Origin: Amoeboaphelidium protococcarum X5
Taxonomy: Eukaryota > Fungi > Aphelidiomycota
Length of the DNA stretch: 64,000 nucleotides
NCBI GenBank assembly: GCA_023515725.1
Contig: JALDTO010000142.1
Location: forward strand, 124,001-188,000
Direction of reading: 5' to 3'
A program made the translations under genes and the position numbers. The first letter of the stretch is position 1. The number at the start of each line of letters is the position of its first letter. Of this stretch, positions 15,510 through 27,403 are shown one piece after another. The notes beneath the pieces are model-generated. The model was not told the origin of the DNA, ran no database searches, and saw nothing but the letters and a program-made list of their open reading frames with translations.

Positions 15510-16298
15510 TCATTATAAATCTTGAGATTTTGTATTGTGTAACTTCCAAAATGTTCGCCATGAACTTTAATACAAGCTGGCCAGAACATCATCGCGTAGC
15601 TTTCTAAACACTGACGGTTCTGAGATGCCATGTGACCATCGCTGAGCTTGTATGCGGCTCCGCTCTTTGGATGAAATATTTAATTCCATTTCTCCTCCCG
15701 GTTCAATGTACTTTTAAACAATTTACTCAAACATCATCTTTAATCTATTGCCAGAAATTCCAGAAATTGATGCGCTTGTTTCAACGCTTCTAACAGATTG
15801 ATTAATCATCAACGTAACGCGTCCAATGGCGAGAGTAAAGTAAGAACTAAGCTACTACATGCTATATCCAATAGATACAGTGCTCTGAGTACTTGATGAA
15901 AATACGCCAATTATAGACGACCTACTGCATGAATTGGTCAAATCACAATCAATCGCAAGATCTTGATCGTCTTAAGCGCAAGTCAAGTCTATTGGGACAT
16001 CTCCTACATCTTGAGCTGCCGTATGTTTGGACAAGATTCTTTGAAATCGCTAGTATTCTTGCTCATACTTACTAACATCATATAGAAATTTTAGAGATTC
16101 ATCTTAGTGCTTTATATTAACGTGCTTTACATATTACTCCCATGTAGATACGCGATTTATCTGTACACTGTTATCGAATGGAGCTCTAGAATGGTTTGAT
16201 TATTCAACTACGGCAGCAACTCCTGGCTTCAACACATTCAACATTGACACGTTATCATTGATGAATTGCACAAACTTTTTGTATGAACATTCAATCAT
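15510..16298 (-). CDS. RGS-domain protein with a long internal insertion (absent from the ORF track)
   Basis: 262-aa TGA-free frame. N-half WEQYVKHV..HQDESLKFLYDVSKY and C-half IVQKYIEPGGEMELNISSKERSRI..SVFRKLRDDVLASLYQSSWRTF resemble the RGS helices. Confidence 0.65.
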
Positions 16299-16672
16299 CT
16301 TTCATTACCAACGATCTATAGTGTTCAATTACCCAACAGTTCGAAAGATGAAGACATTCATATCCTCTGCGTACACATGAAAGAGTTCTGTAAAATGCTC
16401 CGAGTGCTGACAGGTCGGAATTTGTTACCAGCCAATCAATCACACAATGAGATCTCGACCTTAACTTTCTGATCTGTTGCAAAGTAAGGCGGAGATCAAC
16501 ATTAACATAAAATTTAATAAAATAAAATCTTAGTAGATATCGAATTTAATCATTACAGTAGTACGTAATCATTAGCAAAGAAATTAATCTATGAGCAATA
16601 ATAAATCCACAAACCAATAGTAGCAGTAGTAGTAAGTAAACACCATACTGTAATCACTCAGCGTATTGTAAA

Positions 16673-18880
16673 TCACAGCTCAAGTTAAAATTCAAGCCAA
16701 CCTCCACGACTATCTAAGCTGCCGGCATTCCACGACATTGCGCCACTCTCCATCATCATTCCTGAGCCTGAACTGCGCATTGCATCTGAGCAATTGAGGT
16801 CATTATGAGCACTATTAACAGTATTCTAAGCGCGCAACTTCTTTCTTCGCCCTGCATATCCATTAGAATCTTCAGTATCTTCATCGCACATAAACTCATC
16901 GCGAGACTTTCGTTCATCATTAGCTTTCAGTATCCACTAGTTTATTGATGAACTGATAAACGTATAACCGTCAAACAGATTCTTATTCTCTGATGTATGT
17001 TGCTACGTGTTAGTCTCAATCTAGATCGTTCCCGCATTATTTATATCAGCATAATCAAAGCTATTAGCAACCTGAGCATCTACCTGCTATTAACAAATTT
17101 CAGTTTAAACATTATTATACGCGTGTGACGATATTCTAGGAGTCATATTGGTAAACTGAGAGTCAAACCACTTCACATCCATTAAATTAGCCACCTGAGG
17201 TACATAGGGAGGAGTAATCTTCTTCTCATACAGCTGTTGCCAGTCCAGATGTTAGGAGAAGAATGGATGCTCTTTTATCAGCAGTTCATTCTCGATTCCA
17301 CCGAACCCGAGACGCTAACTTGGGACTCTGTGCAAGAGACGTGATATAATATCAATAAAGTCTTGATCGGTAACCTCAGCGGGGAATTCCAGAGGATCAT
17401 ACAGCACTCGGTGATACATTGCGGCCTGATTCTCGGACCAGAACGGACATACACCAACCACCATCTCATACAGGAATACGCCCAGAGACCACCAGTCAAC
17501 TTCGAATGAATACTTTTACTCCAACAAGACTTCCGGTGCAAGATACTCTGCCGTACCACAAAAAGTCTTTGTGCGATAACACTACTCACAGCCATCTGCA
17601 TCACAATCTGCATGATACCTAAACAGTTTTGATAGACCAAAGTCGGTAAGTTTAATATGACCATCAGATGTGAGAAGGACATTCTCTGGCTTCATATCAC
17701 GATAAATGATACCCATACGATGCAATTCCAATACACCTTCCACAATTTCCGCTGCGTAGAACCTGGATCGCTCCATACTGAATCTATGATGTAAACCAAG
17801 CTACGTAGCCAAATCTCCACCACAAACATACTCAAGAACTAGAAAGAGATTATCCGGTGTCTGAAATGAGCAATGCAAATGTATGAGGAATGGATGAGAC
17901 AGCGACGACAGAATATGCTGTTCATCCTTAATATGCTGCACTTCCAGAGTGCCATGCTACAGAACCCAGCGCTTACTAATAGATTTAATGGCATACACGC
18001 GACCACTCTTGCGCTCTTTAGACAATAATACTTTGCCCATACAACCTCTACCGAGAACTTTAATCAATTCAAAATCATCCATCGACACTACAGATTACGA
18101 ATTCATAATAGTACCACTTTTATCTTACATTTTCTTGTTTTTACCAGCACGTCTATTAACAGAATCAAATCGCGGATATAACTATTACTACTATTACTAT
18201 ACGAGATCAATAGCCAACAATTGTTATTATTATTACTATTATTATTGTAACAGTTATAAATCGGCAATATGAGATGAGGCGGCGACCGTGTTGGACAATT
18301 GCGGTGGCGTGGGCGACAATTGTTGAAATTTCTTCAATGACGCATTCTACATCAGACAACACTAGCTGTCAACAGTCAGCCAGTAATAATAATAATTATG
18401 ACTATCAAAGTACTACTCACGCACCGAGAACTCTGCATCATCATTATTATTATTATCAGAATCCTGTGTGGATATTATGTTATTGCATATGCTCATCACC
18501 GAGTCGCCCCTGTCCTGATCGATCGTCATAAATTAGATCACGCAATCCTCGTCGCTAAACTCACTCAGTACGGCCACTAGGTACTGATTGAGTTGTACCG
18601 TTTAATTGAACAGAAATCCAAAAAATCTCTTGCCAGCAGGAAACTCGGGTATAGAGCGATATCTTTACTGTTAATTGCACTCGTCATATCCGCCATCATC
18701 ATCATCTCCCCGAGAGTCGAGACATGTTGATTTCGGCATCAGTGATCGCTTCAAATCTCTGTGCATCTACTTGAAATCTGCGTACGAGCGGAGCAATGTC
18801 ACTGTCCAGTCCTTGCTCTTCACCAGTATTTGATATTAATTAGTATCCAACTGTTATAGCGTGATTTAATGCGTCTCCAT
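16673..18880 (-). CDS. AGC Ser/Thr kinase with an N-terminal PX-like domain (SGK/Akt/Ypk-related)
   Basis: 735 aa. [45 protein letters not shown], hydrophobic motif FDGYTF. N-terminal [36 protein letters not shown]. Poly-Q linker encoded by TAA/TAG. Confidence 0.9.
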
Positions 18881-19461
18881 AGCGTGATATTATTATTCTT
18901 TTGTAGTTTGTTATTGTAATTCTTTCAAATCTTTGTTCTTTCGCAGGAAGGAGTAAATGAGAGCCGATGACACGCTTTTTCGTATTTGGCTGGCCGCTGA
19001 TCAGAGATCTATTGTTATCAAGTACGCGTTAGACATATGATGCATTAACAATGACAACATTTACTCTTAGTGATTTAGTTAGATTGATGAGTTGAGTGGA
19101 ATCATAATACCGCTGAACAAATTTTATAAAATAACTTGACAAAAGCATTAAAGGTAGCGAAAGTAGATTTTAGTGCTCAACACACACCAACCGAGTATTG
19201 AATGCATCGGTGAAACTCAATCTGTGCGTCAGAGCTAGATTAACAAATGTAGCCATTGTGAACTTGTTTCATCAGACACTACTAAACATTATGCTAAACC
19301 TTTTTTTGATATTATATTCTTATAAATCAGTAACTCTAATAATACAATACTCAGTCAGCAGATTCAGCTAATTGGACGCGTGTTAAATGTTTCCACCTTC
19401 CTGTGTATCGTCGCTTAAATTTTCATCTTTTTGCCACGACGATCAACTTAAAAGCTTCAAA

Positions 19462-21352
19462 ATGGTCAAATTTATTTGTGTGTGTGGTGGTGTCATATCT
19501 GGCATTGGTATGTCTATATTGAATTTTATGTTAGTGTGTATATATACTTATATATAGTGTAGGCAAAGGTGTTATCGCATCCTCTACGGGACTTTTGTTA
19601 AAGTCTTTTGGACTCAAAGTGACAGCTTTGAAGATTGATCCATACCTGAACATCGATGCCGGACTGATGAGCCCTTTTGATCATGGAGAAGTGTACGTGT
19701 TGGATGATGGAAGTGAGGTGGATTTGGATCTTGGAAATTATGAGCGATTCCTGGATGTTCAGCTGACGTCGTAGAACAATCTCACCACCGGCAAAGTGTA
19801 TCGCAATGTGATTGAGAAGGAGCGTCGCGGAGATTACTTGGGCAAGACGGTGCAGGTGGTGCCGCACATCACGGATGAGATTCAGAATTGGATTGAGACT
19901 GTCGGTAAGGGATATGATGTGTGCATTGTTGAGCTGGGAGGTACTGTTGGTGATATTGAGAGTGCGCCATTTATTGAAGCTTTGCGCTAATTTCAGTTCA
20001 GAGTTGGTGCAGAGAATTTCTGTCTTATTATGGTCTCGCTGGTGCCACAGGTTGGATCTTCTTAGGAGTAGAAATCTAAGCCTACGCAAGCAAGTGTGCG
20101 AGATCTGCGTGGTCTTGGACTGTCGCCTGATGTTATCGCATGTCGTAGTGAACGTCAGTTGGAGGCCATGGTGCGGGAGAAGATTTCCATGTTCTGTCAT
20201 GTGGGCACCGGCCAGGTTATAGGTGTGCATGATTGTGAAAGTGTGTGGCATGTTCCTCATCTGTTGAAGCAGCAAGGTCTTGTTGAGGTGTTGAGTAGTA
20301 AATTGCGACTGCAGTTGGACCATGAGTAGCTAAATCACGGATTTTATGCCAGCTGGAAGTAATTGACTGCCGCGTATGATCGCATGTATGAGGAGGTGAA
20401 TATTGTGCTGGTGGGTAAGTACACTCACTTGTAGGATTCTTATACATCTGTTGTCAAGTCGTTGAAGCACGCAGCTATGGCTTGTGGCCGCAAGTTGGTA
20501 CTGAATTGGATTGAGGCTAGTGATTTGGAAGATTAGATGAAGTTGGATGATCCATTGAAGTATCATGCTGCATGGAAACTACTCTGCAGTTGTGAAGGTG
20601 TTATTGTGCCTGGTGGATTTGGTGGTCGTGGCACGGAGGGTAAGATTATCGCGTGTAAGTACGCCAGGGAGAATAGAATCCCATTCCTTGGTATCTGCCT
20701 CGGTCTTTAGCTGGCAGTTATCGAGTTTGCTCGTAATGTTTGTGGAATAACTGGTGCTCATAGCGAAGAATTCCCTTCTGTATCAGCTGCTTCTACTCAG
20801 ACCAAGTGTGCTGATGATGCTTCCCCAATCTCGGCGGATAAGACAGCTAGCGATGCTGTAGTTGTGTTTATGCCTGAGGTGTCTAAAGATCAGATGGGTG
20901 GCACAATGAGGCTGGGTAGTAGAATTACTCATTTCAAGCCATATCCTGCTAATGGTGGTGGCGGTGTGACTAGTACTATTTAGAAGCTATATGGAGGCGT
21001 GAGTGAAGTCCATGAGCGTCATAGACATCGGTACGAAGTAAATCCAAATCTGGTTGATTAGTTTGAGAAGAAGGGCATGTACTTTGTGGGCCGCGATGAT
21101 ACTGGTTGTCGAATGGAGATATTTGAGTTGAGAAGCTAGCATCAAGTTGATGATGTAGTTAATACTGACGCTTCAGCTGCAGCTGGTATGAATGACTAAG
21201 AGCAACTACCATCTCATCCGTACTATGTTGGAGTCCAATTTCATCCAGAGTATCTGAGTCGTCCATTGCGTCCATCTGCACCTTTTATGGGCTTGATCCT
21301 TGCTGCTAGTAAATAATTGGGCTCGCACTTATAAAAGCTGAAGATGAAATGA
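19462..21352 (+). CDS. URA7: CTP synthase; exons 19462-19507 and 19563-21352
   Basis: [38 protein letters not shown](TAA)F, EQ(TAG)KSKPTQ, GICLGLQ(TAG), [13 protein letters not shown]. 55-nt intron at 19508-19562. Confidence 0.97.
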
Positions 21353-21403
21353 TATTTTAAACTTGAGAGTTTATTCAATACAGCTGAAAAACATTTCATT
21401 TCA

Positions 21404-24400
21404 TCAGTTGATATTTTGCAGAGTGTTTTCAATATTGTCCAGCGCAGCGTGGTACAGATCATCATCCACATCGTCTTCATCAAAGCAGTGTTAATGTTTA
21501 GTGATAGGAACCACATCATAACAACAGCTATCATCCAGCTGATATACCCATTATTTCACAGATAATAGTTCAAATAAGTCCTGGAATAACTTATATGAAC
21601 TCAGAGTATTTTTTGATCCAATTAGAATGAGCTTCGACTTGGCCCTGGTAAGAGCAACATTCAAGCGACGTTCATCTTTCAATAGTTCTCCCACGGCGAG
21701 ATCTTGATTACTCTTCACAAACGATACTATTATACATTCTTTATCGCGTCTTTAGTACTTGTCAACCGTAGATATTTCAATAAGAGAATAAGCGGTATGC
21801 AGGTCACGCTTTATCAACTTTACTTGAGATTTGAATGGAGATATAACGCCAATATCAGATTCTTTGACCCCTTTATCAGTGAATTTACGACATAGATGTG
21901 ATATTATAGAAGACTCCAACTTATTCACAGTCCCCTCTCCCTCCAACTCATCTAAATTACCAGGCACCTGATCAGTGTCAAAGAAGATGACTCCTCTACG
22001 CGGATCTAAAGCCGCCTGCAACCACTTTGGTGTATTTTTATCAATTTTTGAATGGTCAAGCTGTAACTAACGAGAGGCCACCTGATGAGAGCCACAAGTC
22101 AACTGGTTCTTGTAAACCAGATTGTTACACAAATACATAATATCTTCATTCATTCGGTACTGTATCTTCAGGGAAGATGCTGCCTGTGGATGTTATACGT
22201 ACAGGTACTCGAAAAGACTCTACTCCATACCGCCCTTCCGTGCCTCCTCTGACTAGATTAGTGGAGGCAACTAATCTGGGTCACCAACTAGAATGAACTT
22301 GGATGCAAAGCGGAGTGGACCAAGACACACTGGAAGAGGAATCTGACTAGCCTCATCAACAATACAATAGTCAAAAGTCCTGTTTTAAATTAGCGGACTG
22401 TTGGTGGATAGACAAGTCATTCCCACAAGTTGAGCACTTTAAACAGTACTGTAATTTTTAGTTACGTACTTTTGAACGTCCACATGAACTTTATCAACGC
22501 TACCTAAACGCACAAAGTCCACCTTCTTCTCAGCCATCTTCACTAAAATGTTATCCACGGCAGAATGGGTAAAAGAGGTGATTAGGATACTTTTGCCAAG
22601 AGTGAGCAGTAGCTCAATCGCATCCACAATAGTTGTCGACTTGCCACAGCCTGGCATACCGAGAATAAGAGCATAGTCCTGAGCAGTTAAAACTTTCATC
22701 AGAGCGCTTTATTGATCATCATTAAGGGACAGAGATTTAAACAGTCCATCAACTAAGTGCAACTGCTTAGAATTACAAGAGACTGATTAGACAACATTGC
22801 TGAATTATGGCTCTTTTTCACCCATGATTAGCTGCCTCCTTTAAGAATCACCAGATAAAGTAAACAAGTTGGCCAAATTGAATCTCGCAATACCTTGACC
22901 CATTGCCACTTCCTCACGATCCAAACGGTACAATGCTTATTATGCACCATCAATCTTTTACCTTTTGCTCTAGTGACTCAGATCCTAAAGTACAAGCTTC
23001 TATTTAACAGCAGACACAGATTTGCGTTTAAACTTATCAAATTCACGATCTAACAAAGCTGTAATAGAGTGTGATGTCACTTCAGTAACAACGCCTTGAG
23101 CGATTCCATATTGTCCATTCATGGAACTTAAAACAACTTGATCGCCAACATCGATAAGCTTTGCATAGAGCGCTTAGCCAGTTGATGACTTGAATGTGTA
23201 CAACTATCCAGCATTGCTTTAGATCTGTAGAGAAGACAGACATTTACCATTACTTTCTCGCTAAACCACGGACTGAGTCCATATCTGCTTCCGCAAAGAC
23301 TTCTGACTAGCTTCCTCTAAATCGATTAGATTGTTCCACTTGTTGAAGAACTTTAAATCCCTCTCATTGAGGTGCGCAGTCTTTTCATTATACAGATTCA
23401 CATTATGGAACTATACTTGTTCTTTACGAGCCCTGTGATACAGAGAGCAAATATCAACGGCATAACATCTCTCACATTGAGATGATTATTTGACAGGAGG
23501 CAGATCAGTAGCACCAGAACCAGGTTTAAATTCCAAATATCTGGACAGTTCATTACGCGCCATAATGATTGCAATAATCTCTGGCCGTTTCATTGACACC
23601 TCTACCATCTCACCAGGATTCTGAGCATAATACAACAAGCCTTGAGCTACATCTTGGGCGTAATGATCGCCCAGCATAAGACAGTAAAGCAGAACTTACG
23701 CATTATGAGTGGACTTTCGGCGACCGCTTTTAATCTCCAATGGCACCACATTTCTACTTTACTCTTCCTTCAATAACGAGACTGTGGCGTCAATTTTACC
23801 TTTCAGACCAAAGTTGACTGACCAGATATTCTCTTCAATATCAGCGACATTCTGAATCTAAAATTTCCCTCTTTATTACTACTATTAAATATGAGATGAA
23901 TATAAATTCTTTACAGCTGGTAAGTACGATCTCAGCTTCTCCCGAGCCATTTCCGCAGTATCGCCAATAACTTGGATCATATCTTCCTGATCAGAGATTA
24001 CCAAGTCAATGTAGCGATTTAGATTCTATGTATCAAACTTCATTTCGGCCAAAGCAGATTAGATAACCTCGTGTAGCATAGTTCCGTATAAAGTAACAGA
24101 AGAGACTGAGTACTGTGATATCTTGGAGTTAAGCACGGCGCGACGTTAGCATTAGAAGACGTCTGATAGAATGGTGACACTGACTAGAAGATCAGGATTA
24201 AGCACAAGAAACCCAGCGGTATCAGAGACGGTAAGTAGAGTTTCACTATCATTCATAGAGCCGGAGACATTAATAGTATCACCAGCCTACAGTTCAGATG
24301 CAGACCATTAGCCTTTTAACTCAAGAGTTATCTTTTTAGTTTCATCGCTGGTATTACAGCATATAAAGCTACCCGGAGATTACAACTCTAACACTTTCAA

Positions 24401-24415
24401 CTTGGTGAACTTCAT
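21404..24415 (-). CDS. DNA2: DNA2 nuclease/helicase
   Basis: 1003 aa. [41 protein letters not shown], Fe-S cysteines (CERC..C), [37 protein letters not shown]. An in-frame upstream ATG near 24628 is possible. Confidence 0.92.
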
Positions 24416-25631
24416 GACTATAAGAGTTACAGTATTAATAACGCTGTCGGTAGAGACACTGAAGATAACTGGGTTGGGCAGTTGAAACAAGACATTTGGA
24501 ACGCGCGCTTTATAGACTTTGGTTGAATCTCTTTGGCGTTTCTGATCTGATTTAAACTGTTTCGCTTGTTGACTTTCAACGTGTTACGCGTATAGTGCTT
24601 AAATCCTACAGACACAGTCCGCTTGCATCAGACGATATTCTAAACTTTAGCGGGTAAAGGGCAATCTACAGTATGAGCTTAACTACTTGCAATATATGTT
24701 TATGCGACAATGCAAGAGTGAATTTGCTAGTGAAAATATAGCAGAGAGATAGCTATCCCAAGTGAAATACATTCATAATTTATCTTTTGGAACAAGTAGT
24801 ACTGAAACGAGACTCGCGTCAAAAAGAAACTAGAAGATAGTCCTCATTAAATTATACCTAATTGAACCTGGAGTATTTTCCTCAGCTCTGACTTCAGAAA
24901 ATCTTTATTATATATTCCTAAAAAGTGAAATACCAGAACAGTTTTAAATTTTATACTGATAGAACTTTTCTTTATAATACTTGATATTTTAATGTGCTTC
25001 AGGTATGAGATTCAATTAAGCAGCAGCAAAAGTACTCTATACAAAATTGTGGCTGTCATGATCTTTAAAGCAACAATGCATTCATCACTTTCTCCAGCCT
25101 TTTGAGTAAATCATGACCAACGATATAAAGGTTAGCAGCACGGTTGAGCCCAATATCAAGATTATTATGGGAATCATTAGCGCATATTCTTATGATGGAA
25201 ACAGTGAATGAAGTTGATGGTCATCATCGACTAGAGGCTACATACACACTAAAGTCAATCTAAAAAGGGTTCAGTAAAAGGCTTAATCAAAAGAGGGAAT
25301 TACCATTATAAGAAGCCATACCGTGTAATACAGATAAAACGATACTATTCCTAAAAGTATAATCATAATTTCAAAACTTTTTGTTGTAATAACTCCATAT
25401 GTAAACGTCGAGGTTGTTGGGAACTGAAATTGTGGAATGAAACAAAACTGAACTAAAACTATCTTGAAGCAGATCCACATTTTCAACACTGAGCCCGCCG
25501 GCAAATCACTTCTGAAAACTATCAAATCACGATAAAGTAAGCTCAAAGTTGGTACTGTAATCTACCGCCAGACTTGATTTTGATTATATCTGAACACATA
25601 TGCGCACTCCCTTAGTAATGTTCATGCACAG

Positions 25632-25657
25632 TCACACTTATTCACACTTATTCACAC
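25632..25657. repeat. Short tandem repeat (TCACACTTAT) x ~2.6
   Basis: tcacacttat tcacacttat tcacac read directly from the sequence. Confidence 0.7.
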
Positions 25658-25950
25658 CGAAACTACTACCAGCGCGTCTTCACAACATGGCATAAACTTA
25701 CTTCAACCTGCAGTACCAACTAAATACTGATTGTGCCAACAAAATCTAATCAATAGTATGAATTTCATCTGGACCTGATAGTAGATGTTCAAAAAACTTC
25801 AAATTCTCATCATCAGGCTCATAATCCCAACCTTTAAACTCCATGTCCACGGTAAGGATAAGAGAGTTGTACATCGTGTTATTTGCACCACCTTGCCGCC
25901 CTGGCGTCAAACAAGTCACAAAGCCTGTAGTGAACTTGACCGAATTTACA

Positions 25951-26086
25951 GAATTTCTTCAAATCTATAGCTAAGTGGTCCATTGGCATATCAGCTTCAA
26001 TAAATAGTAGGGGATGAAAGCCATGCTTACTAAAGCGTCAAACAATCCATGCAATACTGCACAAATCGACACGAGTCGCGATGCAT
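25951..26086 (-). mobile_element. Degenerate Ty3/Gypsy-type LTR-retrotransposon integrase fragment
   Basis: Minus strand reads MHRDSCRFVQYCMDC (end of the HHCC zinc finger). After a frameshift it reads KHGFHPLLFIEADMPMDHLAIDLKKF (start of the rve core). Flanks are disrupted by TGA and frameshifts, and no LTRs were seen. Confidence 0.6.
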
Positions 26087-27403
26087 ATAGGAGCTGGGAG
26101 CATGAAGAGGAAGCCTTTTAGGAATTCCGCAACAAGCTCAATGTCATTTTGAATCCACTCATCATGAAGAAACATAATGTCTTCATGACGCAGCTTTTCA
26201 ATATGTGCCATGAGACTGGCATAGATATAAATATAATCTTGAACGACAAAACCCGTGCAAACACTGAACTTTTAGCACTATTATCCATCAAATATTCCAC
26301 AACCACGGATTCCTTAATTGTTGTTATTCATTGTTTTGTTAGCCTTTGAATTGTGAGTGGGATATTCCAATTCTTGCACTAGCTCTCCCTCTTTCTCTAG
26401 TGTGTCCACTTTGCTGACACAGGTAGAAGCGTATAGTACGGAAACGAGCATTCTACTATCAAATGGTCACTTCTGCAACATTTAAAACATCAGCAGTTAT
26501 TCCTCATTGTCTGCACAATGTTCCTTCTTAACTCTTCTTTATTAATCATCTCCAAACTCCGATGTTATTTCTTGCAACCACTACTAATCTTTTATCTTCA
26601 AAGGACAGCAACTTGGCGCGTCCCACAAAAACGAATATCTTCACTTGACTTCTCTTTTCATCCGTTCCTACTATCAACCATATAGCTAAGCACTTTACTT
26701 CTTCATATCGTCTGCCACTTATATAACAGATCTTTATCATTTAAGGAACAACAACACTATCAGCCAGCAGATGTTTAACACGTTTCTACCATATCATGCA
26801 GGTTCTGAAACCTTTCCGGCCACCAGAGTTCATATTTAAAATTAATTATACGCGTCTTGGATTGCATCTTAAATCATTTGCCTTGAATGGATATTGTAGC
26901 CTCTCATAAGAGTCTGGCTACTATTTTTTGAGCTCGTACTTGGTATCTGATCCGACTTTTCAATAATCGGATCGTAATACTTACTTGCCTTCTTGCAGAG
27001 CAAAGAGCCTTTCACTGTTAAATATGGCTCTCAAGATAAACTTGCATATAATAATATGTACGTTGCCCAATTAGCTAATTTCAGCTTTGAAGACATGCCA
27101 ATTGGCCTAGTTCAAGAGTAAGAGTCTTTCAGTATTATTGCTAAACGATCAGCATGCCGGACGGACTCTCATCTTTTACGTTTTACAGCATAGTTAACAT
27201 TATTTTCACTCTGTACAGTAGTTTATATGGAAGTTGAACTGAGCAACAGGTTGGTCTCTTATCGCGCCCGTTGCTTTATCTCAGCGCGTCACACGACGGA
27301 ATCGTCTCAATTCTTTCGTCTCCTTCTTTTAATCGCGACTCTCTATTACCTTGAAATATTTAATTAGACTTAACATCATATTAGGCGTTTAAAAGTTTAG
27401 TAA

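Noticed and set aside
17949-18580. Plus-strand poly-Tyr/poly-Ile ORFs (also 60849-61034 on the minus strand)
   Set aside because: They are antisense shadows of TAA/TAG poly-Gln and other low-complexity codon runs in the kinase and UFD2.
19598-20323. 241-aa antisense ORF over CTP synthase, and similar shadows over UPF1, POL2 and SIS1
   Set aside because: They lie fully antisense to conserved genes and show no recognisable motifs.
25283-26349. Hydrophobic ORF 25283-25546 (-) and a ~168-codon plus-strand frame 25843-26349 as genes; a possible chromodomain near 25790-25850
   Set aside because: There are no family motifs, and long open frames arise by chance when only TGA stops. The chromodomain resemblance is too weak to call.
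26977-26990. ATACTTACTTG resembling the U1 snRNA 5' end
   Set aside because: It mismatches ATACTTACCTG and has no downstream U1-70K loop or Sm site.
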